Shown here piece by piece: positions 1 through 13,881 of a DNA stretch of 64,000 bases. Location of the stretch: assembly GCF_006345805.1 (NCBI RefSeq), contig NC_043006.1, positions 91,698,001 through 91,762,000 of the forward strand, given 5' to 3'. Numbering within the stretch: position 1 is the stretch's first letter; every line of letters begins with the position of its first letter. The DNA is from Octopus sinensis. Lineage: Eukaryota. The position numbers and the translations under genes were made by a program. The notes under the pieces were generated by a model. It ran no database searches. It was given only the letters and a program-made list of their open reading frames with translations, and was not told the DNA's origin.

Positions 1-141
1 TACCAGCCACATGGTTCTGGGTTCAGTCCCACTGCGTGGCATCTTGGGCAAGTGTCTTCTACTATAGCCTCGGGCCGACCAAAGCCTTGTGAGTGGATTT
101 GGTAGACGGAAACTGGAAGAAGCCCGTCGTATATATGTATA

Positions 142-177
<36 letters not shown>

Positions 178-455
178 TGTATGTATGTATGTATGTATGT
201 ATGTGTGTATGTGTGTATGTATATGTTTGTGTGTCTGTGTTTGTGTGTCTGTGTTTGTGTGTCTGTATTTGTCCCCCCACTATTGCTTGACAACCGATGC
301 TGGTGTCTTTTCCGTCCCCGTCACTTAGCGGCTCGGCAAAAGAGACCGATAGAATAAGCACTGGGCTTACAAAAGAATAAGTCTCGGGGTCGATTTGCTC
401 GATTGAAAAGGCGGTGCTCCAGCATGGCCGCAGTCTGAAACAAGAAAAAGAGTAA
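1..455 (+). mobile_element. tRNA-derived SINE, family A (5' end cut by window edge), with internal TATG/TG microsatellite
   Basis: B-box-like GGTTCAGTCCC, CTTGGGCAAGTGTCTT core and 3' GGCGGTGCTCCAGCATGGCCGCAGTC. The same sequence recurs more than 10 times in the window on both strands. Confidence 0.85.
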
Positions 456-599
456 AAAGAGAAAAAAAAGAGTAAACAAACAAAAATAAGAATTATCATC
501 ATCACCGTTATCATCATCATCATCATGTAGTCACAGCGGTAGCTTATTATTATTATTCTTATTCCCATCACCATCACCATCGCCACGGTCAAGTGGTCA

Positions 600-604
600 T
601 ATTC

Positions 605-649
<45 letters not shown>

Positions 650-703
650 CATCATTATTATAATTATTTTATTATCATCATTATTATTATTTTATTATTA
701 TTA

Positions 704-734
<31 letters not shown>

Positions 735-759
735 TTATTATTATTATTTATTATTATTA

Positions 760-800
<41 letters not shown>
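600..800. repeat. (ATT)n/(TAA)n microsatellite at the 3' end of the R4/Dong element
   Basis: Direct reading of the sequence. Confidence 0.95.
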
Positions 801-801
<1 letters not shown>

Positions 802-1164
802 CGTTTACACATAACGGATTAAACTGCTGGAAAAGAAAAGAATCCTAACATGGGTCTACAGCAAGTATCCTTAGATGCCAAGAACCCTATTCAATATCCT
901 AGCCGTCCCTCATAACACTATTTTCTGGTGCTGTACTAGGCTGGGTTTTATGCCTATTTCCTTTATCCGTCTGTTCAGATCTGTAGTGATAGTTCTCAAT
1001 GCACCTATAACTACTGGCATACATTTTATCAGCACTTTTCATAACCTCTGTAATTCAATGGCTAGGTCCTGGATCTTTGCTATTTTTCTTATACCTCTCA
1101 TATTGATTTTTTTCATCATTCGGGACTGTAAAGTTAGTTATCTGGCACGTTCTATTCTCTTTAT

Positions 1165-1235
<71 letters not shown>

Positions 1236-2880
1236 ACTACTACTACTACTACTACTACTACTAAATCAGGCCTTCTAACTTCTATTGCTCTGTCAGTCTG
1301 AATATTAAAGTTCCACAGCATCTTGTATTTCTTACTTTCTAGTACTTTCCTAGGTTTATGTTTCATACCATTTATTAATATGTTCAAATCATAGCTAAAT
1401 ATTACTCTCCTTATGTTGTCATGTCGTTTCTTGTATTCGTTCTGTACCAGCGTGCTACATTCACTTTGTATATGAGCAACGCTTTCCTCTTTTGATTTGT
1501 ATAATCTACACTGGGATTCTACTTGGTTTTGTCTATCTTGGCTTTCATCCAAGTAGTCCTTAATGCTTGATCTTATGCTGTTACTAACAAACTTTCTGTC
1601 TCCCTTTTCGGCTTTCATTTCTTCAACCATAACCATGTCTCACTACTTCTATTTGCTGCAAGTATCTTTGGGAATCTACCACGTAATTCTTTCACCTGCC
1701 AGTCAAGTAATTTCTGTTCATTTTTATGGTTTTTAAGTTCATATTTTTGTCTTTGGTTTCCCTATTTCTTGCTATGACTCTAACAGCTCTTTTCCGCTTC
1801 CCCTCTTTGGTATGTATAATCTTGCTACTCCTGCCCTTCGGTGGAGGTCTCCATTTATATTGAATTCCTTGCTAGTTCTTATGTGTTGCTTTGCTAATTC
1901 AGTTTTTCTTTAATCTACAAAAGCTGCTGAGTATCTAAGTAATAATATTGCCCTAATATTTACAGCCTTCACTAGATTCAGACCAGTTAGCTTTGACTTC
2001 ATTAGCTTCCTCCCCCTTCTGCTGTACTCCTTTTCATTTCTATTGTTAGTACTCTGTCAAATTCTAATTCTCCTAGATACTCATAACACTTTCATCCTTT
2101 TAATGATTTTAATGTCTGACCATCTCGTAATTGGATGCCTTCACTGTTGCCTATCTGTCCCTTCCTCATGACTAATATTGTATACTTATCTACGCCAAAT
2201 TACAGTCTGTCGTGAGGAATTTATCTCTGTTTCATTCTTACTAAAAAGCTTCAGATCATCCATGTAGAGCAAATGGTTAATTTTTCCATTGCTATTTCTG
2301 AACTGATACCCTGCCTTTGCCTTCCTTCATACTAAACCGAGGAGTATCAAACATACAACAAATATTAAAGAGGACAACGAGTCCTCCTGGAAAATTCCAC
2401 TTTTGATATTAATTTTCCCTAACAGTGTGTCACTTGAGTAGAGATCTACTTTCCATTCCGTCATGCCAAAGCTAATTAATTCTCTTATGTCGTCTGCTCT
2501 ACTGAACATACTCAAGCATTCACTTATCCACGTGTGTGGGATCATGTCGTAGGATTTCCTATAATCTATCCAGGCTATTGTTAGATTTTTCTTTCTAGTT
2601 TTTACTTCATTTAGAACTGATTTGTCTATGTATAATAGATCATGCCTTCCTCTCGCCTTCTTCCTGGAAGCTTTTCTTTTTTTCGTCTGGCAGTAAATTC
2701 TGGTTGTCAAGGTGTTCGTAAATGCTTTCTGAAAGCATTCCTGTTAACAGCTTCCACACTAATGGTAAGCAAGTGATTGTTCCATAGATGCTAACTGCTT
2801 ATAACCCTTGCTCATATCTTTCATAATCAGTATTGTCCTCCCTCTAACCCAATCTAGCATTATTACTTCATTAAGGCAAT
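801..2880 (-). mobile_element. Degenerate R4/Dong-clade non-LTR retrotransposon (RT, zinc knuckle, restriction-like endonuclease), 5'-truncated
   Basis: RT motifs AWIDYRKSYDMIPH, GIFQEDSLS and INHLLYMDDLKL (~2250-2285). Downstream: CRLY..EESVAHIQSEC, LWNFNIQTDR and RRPDL (REL motif). It has frameshifts and stops, and the 3' end abuts a TAA array as expected for Dong elements. Confidence 0.85.
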
Positions 2881-3050
2881 TCTTCTTCTTCTTCTTCTGC
2901 TGCTGCTGCTTCTGCTGCTGCTGGTTCTTCTTCTTCTTCTTCTTCTTCTTCTTCTTCTTCTTCTTCTTCTTCTTCTTCTTCTTCTTCTCTTCCTCTTCCT
3001 CCTCCTCCACCTTCTTCTTCTTCTTCTTCTTCTTCTTCTTCTTCTTCTCC
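2881..3050. repeat. (TTC)n/(CTG)n/(TCC)n compound microsatellite
   Basis: Direct reading of the sequence. Confidence 0.95.
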
Positions 3051-3774
3051 TCATTGTTATTCATTTTGTTCATCATGAATTCGTGAGTATTCATCATTAT
3101 TTTATTTTATTTATTTAATCTTATAAAAATTAAAGCATGTCACACACACACACACATACGGGCAGCAGACTTATTAATGTAAAAAATAATTTAGGTTCTT
3201 CCGGTCGCGATATTCAGACATTGTCTTAACTGAAGTCACAATCATTGATTTTATGTCTATAAAGATGCTTGAATTCAATATTTTCCCTTGTTATTCCTGA
3301 AAAGCGAATATCTCATTAGCAATGCTCCGAATAGTGTGAAAAGCTAAGCAGTGACATTGGAAGAATGCAAATGAATATTGGTTGAGAAATCGATTTTAAA
3401 GGATTCGTAGTCTAAGTCAGTATTTGTTCTGTAAGGTGTCTTTATGTTCACAGAAATTGAACTGAACAGCTGGAGTAGTCCCTCTGTGAAGATGACGTAG
3501 AAATTACTTGTATGGCTTTCTCCATGACAAGTAAGAACTTGAGGCAAAGAGCTGAGGATGTGAATTATTAAAATAGTCATTAATAGTTACGAGATAATTT
3601 AATCTCTTGCGATATTGCAGGTCAACAATTTGATAATTATATTTCAAGGAAGTCGAGAAATAACCAGATAAAGGAAATTAATGAAAGACCACAAACAATT
3701 TTCACAAGTGTTATGTAAGCATACAGGCGGTCTTTTAATAACTAATATATTTTATAGTCTGTCTTTTAGGCACT

Positions 3775-4115
3775 CCTTATTTCAGTAATTAAACTGCGGC
3801 TATGCCGGAGCACAGTGTTGAAAGGGTTTAGCCGAACAGCTAAACCTCAATACTTATTTTGAGTCCAGTCGTTATTCTGTCAATCTTATTCACCGTAACC
3901 AAACCAACACCGGTTGTAGAGCTGTGGGACAAGAAGCCTTAACAACAAAGACACACAGACATATAGAACGAGCTTCTATATAGTTTCCATCTATTACATT
4001 CTCCCACAATCGATCAGGGGCTACAATAAAAGATGCACAAGGTGTTGCACAGCAGGACTGAAACCAGAAGCACGTGATTACAAAGCGATATTATTAACAA
4101 CACAACCATGCCCAG
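3775..4115 (-). mobile_element. Diverged SINE family A copy
   Basis: Recognisable reverse-complement similarity to 1-455 (CTGCGGCTATGCCGGAGCAC ... GGACTGAAACCAGAAGCAC). Confidence 0.65.
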
Positions 4116-4504
4116 CGTTTATATTTTGCTGAAAGTCTTAAATAAATGCAAAGATGTTGGATATGGGAAGCGTTGATCAGACATACAAAAGGTCAAAGAT
4201 ATTCAGCCCTTGGACATGTCTTTCTTTTGATTAAGCGGCTTTATATCAAAGACCAAGTTCTTCAATGCGTTCCATTCTTTCTTAAGATTATACAGAATAG
4301 ATGGCTGGAGGTAATTAGCTGTTATTTCTAAGTGTGTGGTGGTAGTGACCAGTGTTAATGTATAGGTTTTCTAGTTTTTCTAGTTCTAAGCAATCATGAA
4401 CAAATACATTCAACCAAACCATGACCACCACGTCGCATTTTTCATGAATATTGTATTTATGGTATTTTAAAGACTAGAAATTGCAATTATCTTTTAATTT
4501 TTTC

Positions 4505-4945
4505 ATATTTCACTCATTAGACCTCGGCCATTATGGGGCACCATCTTGAGGAATTTTAGTCGAATTAATCGACTCCAATTCCTCTTTTTAAAAGCTTAGT
4601 ACTTATTCTATGGTTCCCTTATGCTGAACCGCTAAGTCACTGGGGTGTAAACACACCAACGCCAATTATCAAGTGGTGGTTAAAGATAAACTCAGACACG
4701 AAGACACACGCACACATGCACACACACGCGCGCGCACACAAGCACACACTCAGACTCACAAATACATACACACACACATATACAACGGTTTCTTTCAGTT
4801 TCCATCAATAAGATCCATTCAGAAGGCTTTCGTTGGCCCAGTGCTATAGTCGAAGACACTTGCTAAAGGTACCACATAGTAGGACTGAACCTGGAACCAT
4901 ATGGGTGGGAAAGCAAATTCCTTACCACACAACCGCACCTGCGTC
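4505..4945 (-). mobile_element. SINE family A copy with internal CA microsatellite
   Basis: GAAGACACTTGC, GGACTGAACCTGGAACCAT and CTTACCACAC are the reverse complement of the family A head. Confidence 0.8.
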
Positions 4946-5624
4946 TAATTAATGAAGAATTTATTTCCAAATTTTCGCAGTTCGAGCTGTCACATAGAGA
5001 TTCTATCGTTGGCTCCTTTGGGTTTTTGTCCCTTTAATAAGAAAGGAATATGGGGTCCCTGATTAATTACGGAGCCTTCAAGACTCTAGGGGTGGGGAGG
5101 ACGTTACTCTCAATCCCCAAAACTATCATGCAAAAGCGTGGGTTCCTCGAAAACCGGATAACGGATTCAATTATCAACTGCGGGATTTGAACACAAATAC
5201 CACAAGGCATCCACTGTAACAAATTACGATTACGCCATTCCAACGCCACAGCTAAGGTCCCGAAAGAAAGAAAGAAATGTAAAGCTGATACCTTATATGA
5301 CAGTTGTTGTTGTTGTTGTTACATATCGTTCGGGGCCAACGGCTGTCAACGATGCAATCGAAGACTTCTTCGGATTGTACTTGCAGCCTCTCTTGCTTCT
5401 GTATTTGCCGCCTTTAAATAGAACAGAGCTTCTAAGTAATATGTGCTTCCATGCTAGCAGCACTCTAGCTTTTATTTCTCCGATCACTGTTCGCATTTCG
5501 TCTAAGCCTTTGATATAGAATACCTGAGAGAATATTTTCAAGATTTCCAGGTACACTCACCAACTGAACTCGTTTCATTACAACACCGCACCACACACAC
5601 ACACACACACACAAAACATACGCA

Positions 5625-5669
<45 letters not shown>

Positions 5670-6368
5670 TCATTCCCCCTCTCTCATACGCACGCACACA
5701 CGCACACACAGACACATAAACACAGTCAGAGCGATCTTACAGAGCTGCAGAAGATCACTAGATGTATAATTTAACTAGTTTTACTTTGTCTTCTAACAAA
5801 TATTGATTGCAGAAGCTGTTGGCTTTATCAAAAGAAACACGCTTCCTGGTGATGCAAATGTGTTATATTTATTATACTGATATTTTCAGGTTTAACCCTA
5901 GTTCAACGCTGTACAAGCGTTATTGTACCAAAATCATCTCAGACATGATCATGCTTTGTTTTTTGTCAAAAGCATTACACCATTGCTTTTTTATAAACGA
6001 AAATATATAATCGGAAGGTGATTTAGCTGCTATGACGTGTAGGGTAGCCGATCGCATAAAGACTCCCTTATTCACTCATAAATGTTTATTTTTTGTTGTT
6101 GTGGTTTCTGATAGTCTCCATATTGTGCTGTTCTTATTGTTGTTGTTCCGGTTCATTAGACCCAAGTCAGGCATAATGCAACACACCAATAATTAAAAGC
6201 ATTCTTGGCATGCTGTACCTTGGACTACACTATCAAACGTTGCTTTATTAAGCGTTACGAAATTTATTGATACTGCTGATCAGTCTTAATTCAAACTTTT
6301 TAAAATAATATCCATGATAAAAAATATATTTTGCAAGATTCTTGATGGGAAATCGTGTGTTGACACAG

Positions 6369-6418
6369 ATATTGTTGTATTTAGGAATGGTCATGACCAT
6401 TCCTAAATACAACAATAT
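6369..6418. repeat. Perfect 50-bp palindrome with no spacer
   Basis: ATATTGTTGTATTTAGGAATGGTCA is followed immediately by its exact reverse complement TGACCATTCCTAAATACAACAATAT. Confidence 0.95.
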
Positions 6419-7636
6419 GATAAAATCAATTCTATCTATGACCATTTCATCTGTTTGGGATCCTCCATGACTGCATTCTGCAAAGTATCCTTCCTGTTCT
6501 TGAAGGTGATAGAATTTGATTTGAGGACGAACCTGCAATTTTATGAAAGGAGTCGAGCGACTACATTGGGGCGTACAGAGGAATATGGTTCCGGTAGCGA
6601 TAGATTCTATCATTATTATCCAAAAACAGTGAACGCTAGCATGTCTCTGTGGTTGGGAATCTCGCTTTGCAACCATGGAATTTCGACCTTCTCTAACATA
6701 GGAATTTTCTGTCAAAACTTTCGATCATAAGCTTCATTCATCTCTTATTTTTTGTATTCGAAGCTTTCACTCATAACGCATTATAGCGACCTCTACCGAT
6801 GCTGCCCTCTCTTTCTCTCTCTCCCCCTTCTCCTCTCTCTGTCAGCTCTGTTGTGCTTCAGGATTTTGTTCTCATCCCAACTCTATTCCTTCTGTTCTCC
6901 ACCAATCCACTTGGTGACGGGTCCAACACAGCACATGCTGTTATCTTTCATTTTTCTCAAGCCTCCTCCAACCATGCGTTATCTAGACGCATCAAATCAG
7001 TAAAGACCTCAAGAGAAGAGATCTATAAAGTATCCTTCAATGGGGCCATGACTGTCTTGCCGTCTTCAAGAGCAAAAAATACCCATGTATTACTGATATC
7101 AACATGTAAAATTAATAAAATCGCTCCTCATCCCTGTTTAACGCAGGGTGCTGCTCCCATCTTCCATGAACAGACAAATTAGGATCCAGGAAAACACCAT
7201 TTGTTTGATTGGTTTGAAGTCACTCACTGACAAGCTCGAACCTCTGGCCTTCAGACCTGCTGACGATGCTTTCACTGTCTGCCTTTTTCTATGGCAACAA
7301 CAATATCCTCTGCTTCTCGGACCTCATTGGTGTTGGTCTCGTACCACTTCCATTCAGCTATTCCAGTCACACTCATCTCTCCCCCTTTCAACATGATGGC
7401 TCCCTCACCCCACCAAATTCTGCTCTCACTACTTTACTCAGTACCTCTCCTCCCATGATATGTAAGTCCTGTAAGTGTCGGCAGAACACAGTTGTTGCGA
7501 AAGCATTGAAAATAATGACATCAACATCATCGCTCTCTCCAATCTTGGACAGACTGCAAAGACCTTAAACACTTCACCTTCCTCTAAACCCAGCAAATAA
7601 CACACACACACACACACACGCAAACGCATACACGCG

Positions 7637-7673
<37 letters not shown>

Positions 7674-9044
7674 CTATGCGTATATATATGTATTTGCAAG
7701 TGTGTACGAATGTGTTATGTATTTGTGCATGTCTGCGTGTCTTCGTTTTTCTTCGTGTGTGCATGTGTGCTTGCATGTTTGCGTGTTTGTATGAGTGTGT
7801 ATATCCTGATACTTACATTGCACAAACACGTACATGCGCAATATTGACGTACATGAAGCAATATGCATAATTATTCATATTTAAAATGAAAACCTGTGTA
7901 TAGCTGAATCGCTTGGGTTTTAAACCATTTAACATATACGAATATATGACCGTGCACAAATATACGAGTTTATAAATGGAAATAGCCATGTATGCATATG
8001 TACACGAATAATATGTAAATTAGATTGCACTCAATTCTGCATATTATCCAAGGTGTATGTGTGTAATATTAGTCATGAATAAACCCTTGTTTACAAAATC
8101 AAATCAATGAATCAGAAAAAAATACTCCAAAAGACAGAAAACAAAAAAAATCAAAACAAAACAAAACAAAAAGAATATTCTGATGCAAGAATCGTGCGTA
8201 AATATTTCTGACGATAAATAGAAATGTATAGGCCAGTATCAGGATATCTATAATTCTTTTTATTATCTACGTGTTGATGCTCTGAGGAAGCCAGAGGAAA
8301 ATAAACCTATCCAAGCGTATATCTTTCACTGTTCATTCAGTTTTACGAAAAACATTCCAAATTTTGGTTCGATTCATTCTTCGAGGTTCTCAAATACGTA
8401 TTCCGTCTTTCCCCCACCCCCTGGTACTTCAGTGGCAGCTTGCAGAAATCTAAAGTAGATATTTACAAGGCAACCAATATCTCATTGATCACTTTATTTA
8501 GCCGACTGAATTTTCGTCCATGCACGCCAATATATATGATTGGATTTATGCGTGCGTGTGTAATATATATTTGCACTCGAGTGCGTTTGTGCATACCTTA
8601 CTTTGCAGCAACCGAAAGGCTTATATACACGACTGTGCACGCGAACATTTAGGAAGATGAGCATGTTTATACATCTCTTTTGCATATGTGTATATATATG
8701 TGCACAAGAGATGTGTATGTGATTTTAGAGGTTGGTGGATGGGTGTTTGGTTGTGAGTACGTATTAAGCTTTGCTTAGGCGTACAGATTTGGATGTAGTC
8801 ATATGTTTTGAATGAAATGCATGTGAGGGTATACGCATGTCTGTGTATACGTATATGTGTGTGGATGTATGGGTGTGTGCGGGCGTGGAAATGCGTATAT
8901 TTCATGTTGGCTCGTATGAATATTTAAAACTCCTGCATGATTTTGCATGCAACTTCTGTTATTTAGTTGAATATAATGCTATTTGAGAGAAGGAATGGAA
9001 AATGATATATCCTCACGAAACAACAAATATACGTAGTTATGCCT

Positions 9045-9099
<55 letters not shown>

Positions 9100-9965
9100 T
9101 GTGTGTGTGTTTACAAGAATGTATGCGTGTACGTATGCATAAACATATACCCGTACATACAAGCACATACATATCTGTCTGTTTATTCAACTGAATGCAA
9201 AAATGTACCCAGAAACATCGAAACCAGTAGATAAAAAAAAGATAAACAGTGGAGTCATACACACACACACACACAACACACCAACTCCACACACGCACAT
9301 ACGCACATGCACACACGCATTGGTAGATAGATTGATAAATATAGATATATAGATATAAATAGGTGTGTACATATATTTGCATTTATAGATAAATAATATG
9401 TAAGCTGATTTCGTTTTGGTCTACAAAAATTTTGTTTTCACATAAAATATTCAGAATAATTAAAAAGTTTGAGGAAACACACAAAATACGCAATTCCACC
9501 ATCATCGCTGACGGCAACATAAACCGTAGCGAAATACTTATTTGTATGAAAAATGGAAGAATTCCAAGCCAAAGAAAATAACAATCATAACAGTTGGAGC
9601 CGTAGAAATGGTTCAGTTTGAATGAGGTTGAAGCCATAGATCCTTTTCTATGTCATACATTGCACCGAACTTTCAATGGCCACGTGATCATGGAGATACT
9701 CATGAGAACAGGAAAGCATTTTCAGTCCTTTCCGCTAATGAATTTTAGAGGGATAATTTCAGGGTAAGGAAAGGATGAGGAGGTAGAAATAAAACCGTAT
9801 CAAACAAAAATTGGATTGTAATTTTATCAACTCCAAATGCAGGCATGACTGTCCGTTTTTCAACCATCTAGTTTCTGGTTCAGTCCCATTACGCAGATTA
9901 AATGCCGCGTGCAAGAATTTGCTAGAAGAAAAGTGTATATATATATATACACACATATACATATA

Positions 9966-10196
9966 TATTTCTTTACTACCCACAAGGGGTTAAACATAGA
10001 GGGGACAAACAAGGACGGACAAACGGATTAAGTCGATTACATCGACCCAGTGCGAAGCTGGTACTTTATTTATCGACCCCGAGAGGATGAAAGGCAAAGT
10101 CGACATCAGCGGAATTTGAACTCAGAACGTAACGACAGACGAAATACGGCTAAGCATTTCGCCCGGCGCGCTAACGTTTCTGCCAGCTCGCCGCCT
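9966..10196 (-). mobile_element. tRNA-derived SINE family B, full length, tail type 1
   Basis: Reverse complement of GGCGGCGAGCTGGCAGAA..GAGTTCAAATTCC (A and B boxes)..GGGTAGTAAAGAAATA. Closely similar to the copies at 26592, 38622 and 46382. Confidence 0.9.
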
Positions 10197-10239
10197 TTAT
10201 ATGTGTGTGCGTGTGTGTGTGTATATATATGTATATACA

Positions 10240-10814
10240 CAGACATGCAGGAAGTAAATAGACACCTTTAATTTTCAAAATTTCTGATCTAAGCATCTTA
10301 ATGTGTTTTCAGCGGTGTAGAATTTACAATGCAAATATTCTTCTTCATTCCAGGTGTCATTATATTAAACATTTACGAAGAGTAACCATACCACGCAAAA
10401 AAATTCAGCAGAACTATCAGATTTTCAGAGAGGTTGTGTATTGCTGGACAATCTGAGGCTGGTCTTAGCCAGCGAAAAATTGCCAAAAATCATCATATTC
10501 CTCTTGCTACTGTTAATAGAATTATAGTGCAATTCAAAAGCCAAGGAAAAGAATCAACCGACTCTCGTCCCGGCCGACCTGGGCCCTCGGAAAGGAAGCT
10601 TCGCTGTTTGAAGAGAATTGTGGAAAACGAACCCTGCTCGAAGGCTTTTGACATTGCAAAACAGCTAGAAGTTACTCCACCAACGCGTGTTACATATCGG
10701 CATAAGCCTGGTTATTATGGACAAACAGCTAGAAGAAAACCTCACCTTCAACCAATTAATATCAAATAAAAGATTTAGAAAATTAAAGGTGTCTATTTAC
10801 TTCCTGCATGTCTG
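10240..10814 (+). mobile_element. Internally deleted Tc1-like DNA transposon with perfect 37-bp TIRs
   Basis: TIR CAGACATGCAGGAAGTAAATAGACACCTTTAATTTTC at 10240-10276, inverted at 10778-10814. ORF 10434-10769 encodes a Tc1 paired-like HTH ([27 protein letters not shown]). The DDE domain is absent. Confidence 0.9.
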
Positions 10815-11142
10815 TGTGTATGCATATATAGGAGACATGTAGATGCACATTTTTAAAGGCATACACATGCGCTCGCACACACACACATACATACCTATAT
10901 ATAAGTGTTTGTGTGTATGTGCCACTCCCTAACGCTTGACGATCGGCGTTGGCTTGCTTACATCCCCACAACTTAGTGGCTCAACAATAGTGTCTGACAG
11001 AATAAGTAAACTCATAAGGACTGAGTCGATTCACTCGACTAAACGATTCAAGGCCGTCGTCCAATAACTGCAACAAGTAAAAGAATTAAAAGTCATATTT
11101 CTAAAATACTTTTTAATTTTTGTTAGGAATTATCAACATATG

Positions 11143-11185
<43 letters not shown>

Positions 11186-11967
11186 TTCTTATTATTTGAA
11201 CATTTATATTATATTTGATATTATGCAACAGTTTGTTTTGGCACATATCCTGAAAGTTTGATCATCAAAGAAGCTATTGAAGAATTTGTGAGCAGATGAA
11301 TGAACCTCGGTAATTAGAAGCAATTAACCTGAAGCCAACAAATGTGTTTTATTTAATATTTCTGATGCTTCGTTCATTACACATTTTCAAAATATGTTTT
11401 ATAAGCTGCTCAGAAATAGCAAACAACTGAAATATTCTCTTAAATATCTTTTGTAAATGCCATTTTGCAAATATACAGAACATAACTGGTTTCTTATCGT
11501 CATTGTTTTTGCCGTAAATAGGCACTGCAAAATTTAATTAATCGAAGCTTCATTTAAATTATGATTTATTGGGCATTACTTAGTATTGATTAACCTATTG
11601 TTTGACTTCGATAATTAGCGACAAATTTGTTAGTGAATAGGATTAAAGGCCGAATTAGTGCTTAAGAAAATCTGATAAGCAATAGAAATATATGTTTGGA
11701 ATTTAACAAATATTAATGAGCATTTAATTACACATTGTGTAAAAACCAGTAGATTTATCAAAAGCAACTTACACGGATAGAAAAAAAAACTATTTGTTTT
11801 TTTTTTATACCTGTGTGAAAATTAAATAAAATGTAAATTAATTTCTAAATTACTTTTTAGTGTTGAATTATTGAAAATTTTGATATGGGTCATCAAATCA
11901 TATGAAGATGAAATTAAAAGATTATTAATTATGAATAAAACCTTTACTTTTAAAAACAATATTTTCT

Positions 11968-12091
11968 TGTTATGTCGCACGTTCGGATGCCTTCTACTCA
12001 ACTCACTCTGCTCTCTCGAAGTCTAGGCTTCTCCCTCTATATCTACGTATTGCGCTAGCCTACTTCATCGTCTTGGGGCGTCCATACAACA
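11968..12091. mobile_element. 124-bp solo-LTR-like unit (TG...CA) with 5-bp target-site duplication TTTCT
   Basis: Ends are TGTTATG...CATACAACA. TTTCT occurs at 11963-11967 and 12092-12096. The unit is more GC-rich than its flanks. Confidence 0.55.
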
Positions 12092-13836
12092 TTTCTATAA
12101 TAAACTTCAAGTGTGTTATGAATCTGTTTAGGAAATTTAGGTTCATTTCTTGAGGTTGATTGGAAGTTCAGGTGCGGTATCTGAGTCATGAGACACAGGT
12201 GTTATGACTGTAAATGAGGTGGCGAATCGAATCGCCTATATAGTGTATATTATATTATTTATTAAATAGAAAGTTTATAGGTGAACTACTTCAAGTTTTA
12301 TGTTCAGATAATGCTGTATTCAGACGGGCTTCTATTGTGTGCCGTGCACGTTTCGACTGGGAGACAGTGATTTGGTTTCTAGGCTTCAATATGTGACGTA
12401 CCAGACAAAGATATGAGTTCGATTTAATTGACTAAAATTTCTAATGAGAGCGCGTCACTATGATTGCAGTTTAAAGAGTGAAACTTGCAAAAGATTAAAA
12501 TATTAAACAAAGATGATTTTCGATTTGTGCCCGAAAAAATCGAAAGAAAAGCAACTGAATTTTTTAATATTCTTATAGATTAAAAGCCTCAATATCAATT
12601 ATGTTATAATTGTGTTTTACAATCTTACAATGGATCTTTTCAAATGAAATTCAAATGACTCAAAGGGAAAAGGAACATAATGTACACGAGTTTAAAAACT
12701 TGTGTAATCATTCTTCTAGCCACGAATGTCTTTTATATCTTTTATTTACTTTGTAGCGCTTCAGTTTTTCTATACTCACAATTTTGTATAGAGTGTCTTG
12801 CATTAACTTTATACTTTATATCATATTAGACAGATTTACTGAAAAGCTAATGTAATAGACTACTGGTTTCTTATTTTTTTACGTCTGTCCTTATGTTCTG
12901 CCTTTGATCAAGACCAGCTTCGATCATACGCTGTTTTCCAGCCCCAGTTCTCTTGTATCACTGGAGAAAAATGGAAAAGCTTACTCACCCCTTGGTTGAA
13001 CATTTTGCTCAAAGAAGTGCATCCCTTTGCAAAAATCAAAAGCCCAAGGACACCTTCCCAGGCATGAATGAGAAAACTGCATTTAGAATAGAAGCAAGTA
13101 AAATATATAAACAAATAATTGTATAATTGATTTCTGTAAGACGTTGCATGTTAATCTGCAAAACAACACCAAATGCATCCTTTGTAGATCACTAAATGCT
13201 TTGAACTACATATTGGTTTTTAATCATTTTGAAAGGATATTCTTAAAATGCAATAGTTTAGCTCTTAAGTCCTTAATCAAAACTACAGCGAATTTACTTA
13301 TTTGTCATATTTTTTTTCCTTACGCTGATATGAATTCAAATGGAGAAGTAATCTTGATTTTTTGTTTTTAGTTTTAACAAAATGAGTTTTCCTGCACAAG
13401 GAGATAATTGCATTCTCTCCTGTTTTCCGGAGGCAAATTATTTTTCATCACATTTTCTCTAAGTCTTCTTCTCATACGCTTCTTAAAAGAAGATCCAACT
13501 TTCATAACACCGTTCTGTATTCTGGATTCCAGTTTTGAAGCTTCTTAGGCAGACTATTATGATATCGATGCATTCGCACACATGCACACACACGTACACA
13601 CACACACATACGTACACACGCACCCACGTACACACACACGCATGCACACACACTCACACACACATACACACACAATCAGAAGCATGCTTGCTCATTCTCA
13701 TACATTCACACATTTTTATAAACTGGGGAATGTTTGCATAAATAAAAATGTTTTCATTAGTTGAGTTTGTATATTTTATTAAAACTAGAAATTTAAATCC
13801 TTTCGTTTGAATCACACTCACGCACACACACACACA

Positions 13837-13881
<45 letters not shown>

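Noticed and set aside
6900-7600. Possible decayed LINE fragments (also ~5300-5560, 18990-19370, 20050-20245, 25190-25600 and 44130-44350)
   Set aside because: Motifs are too degenerate to assign without a profile search.
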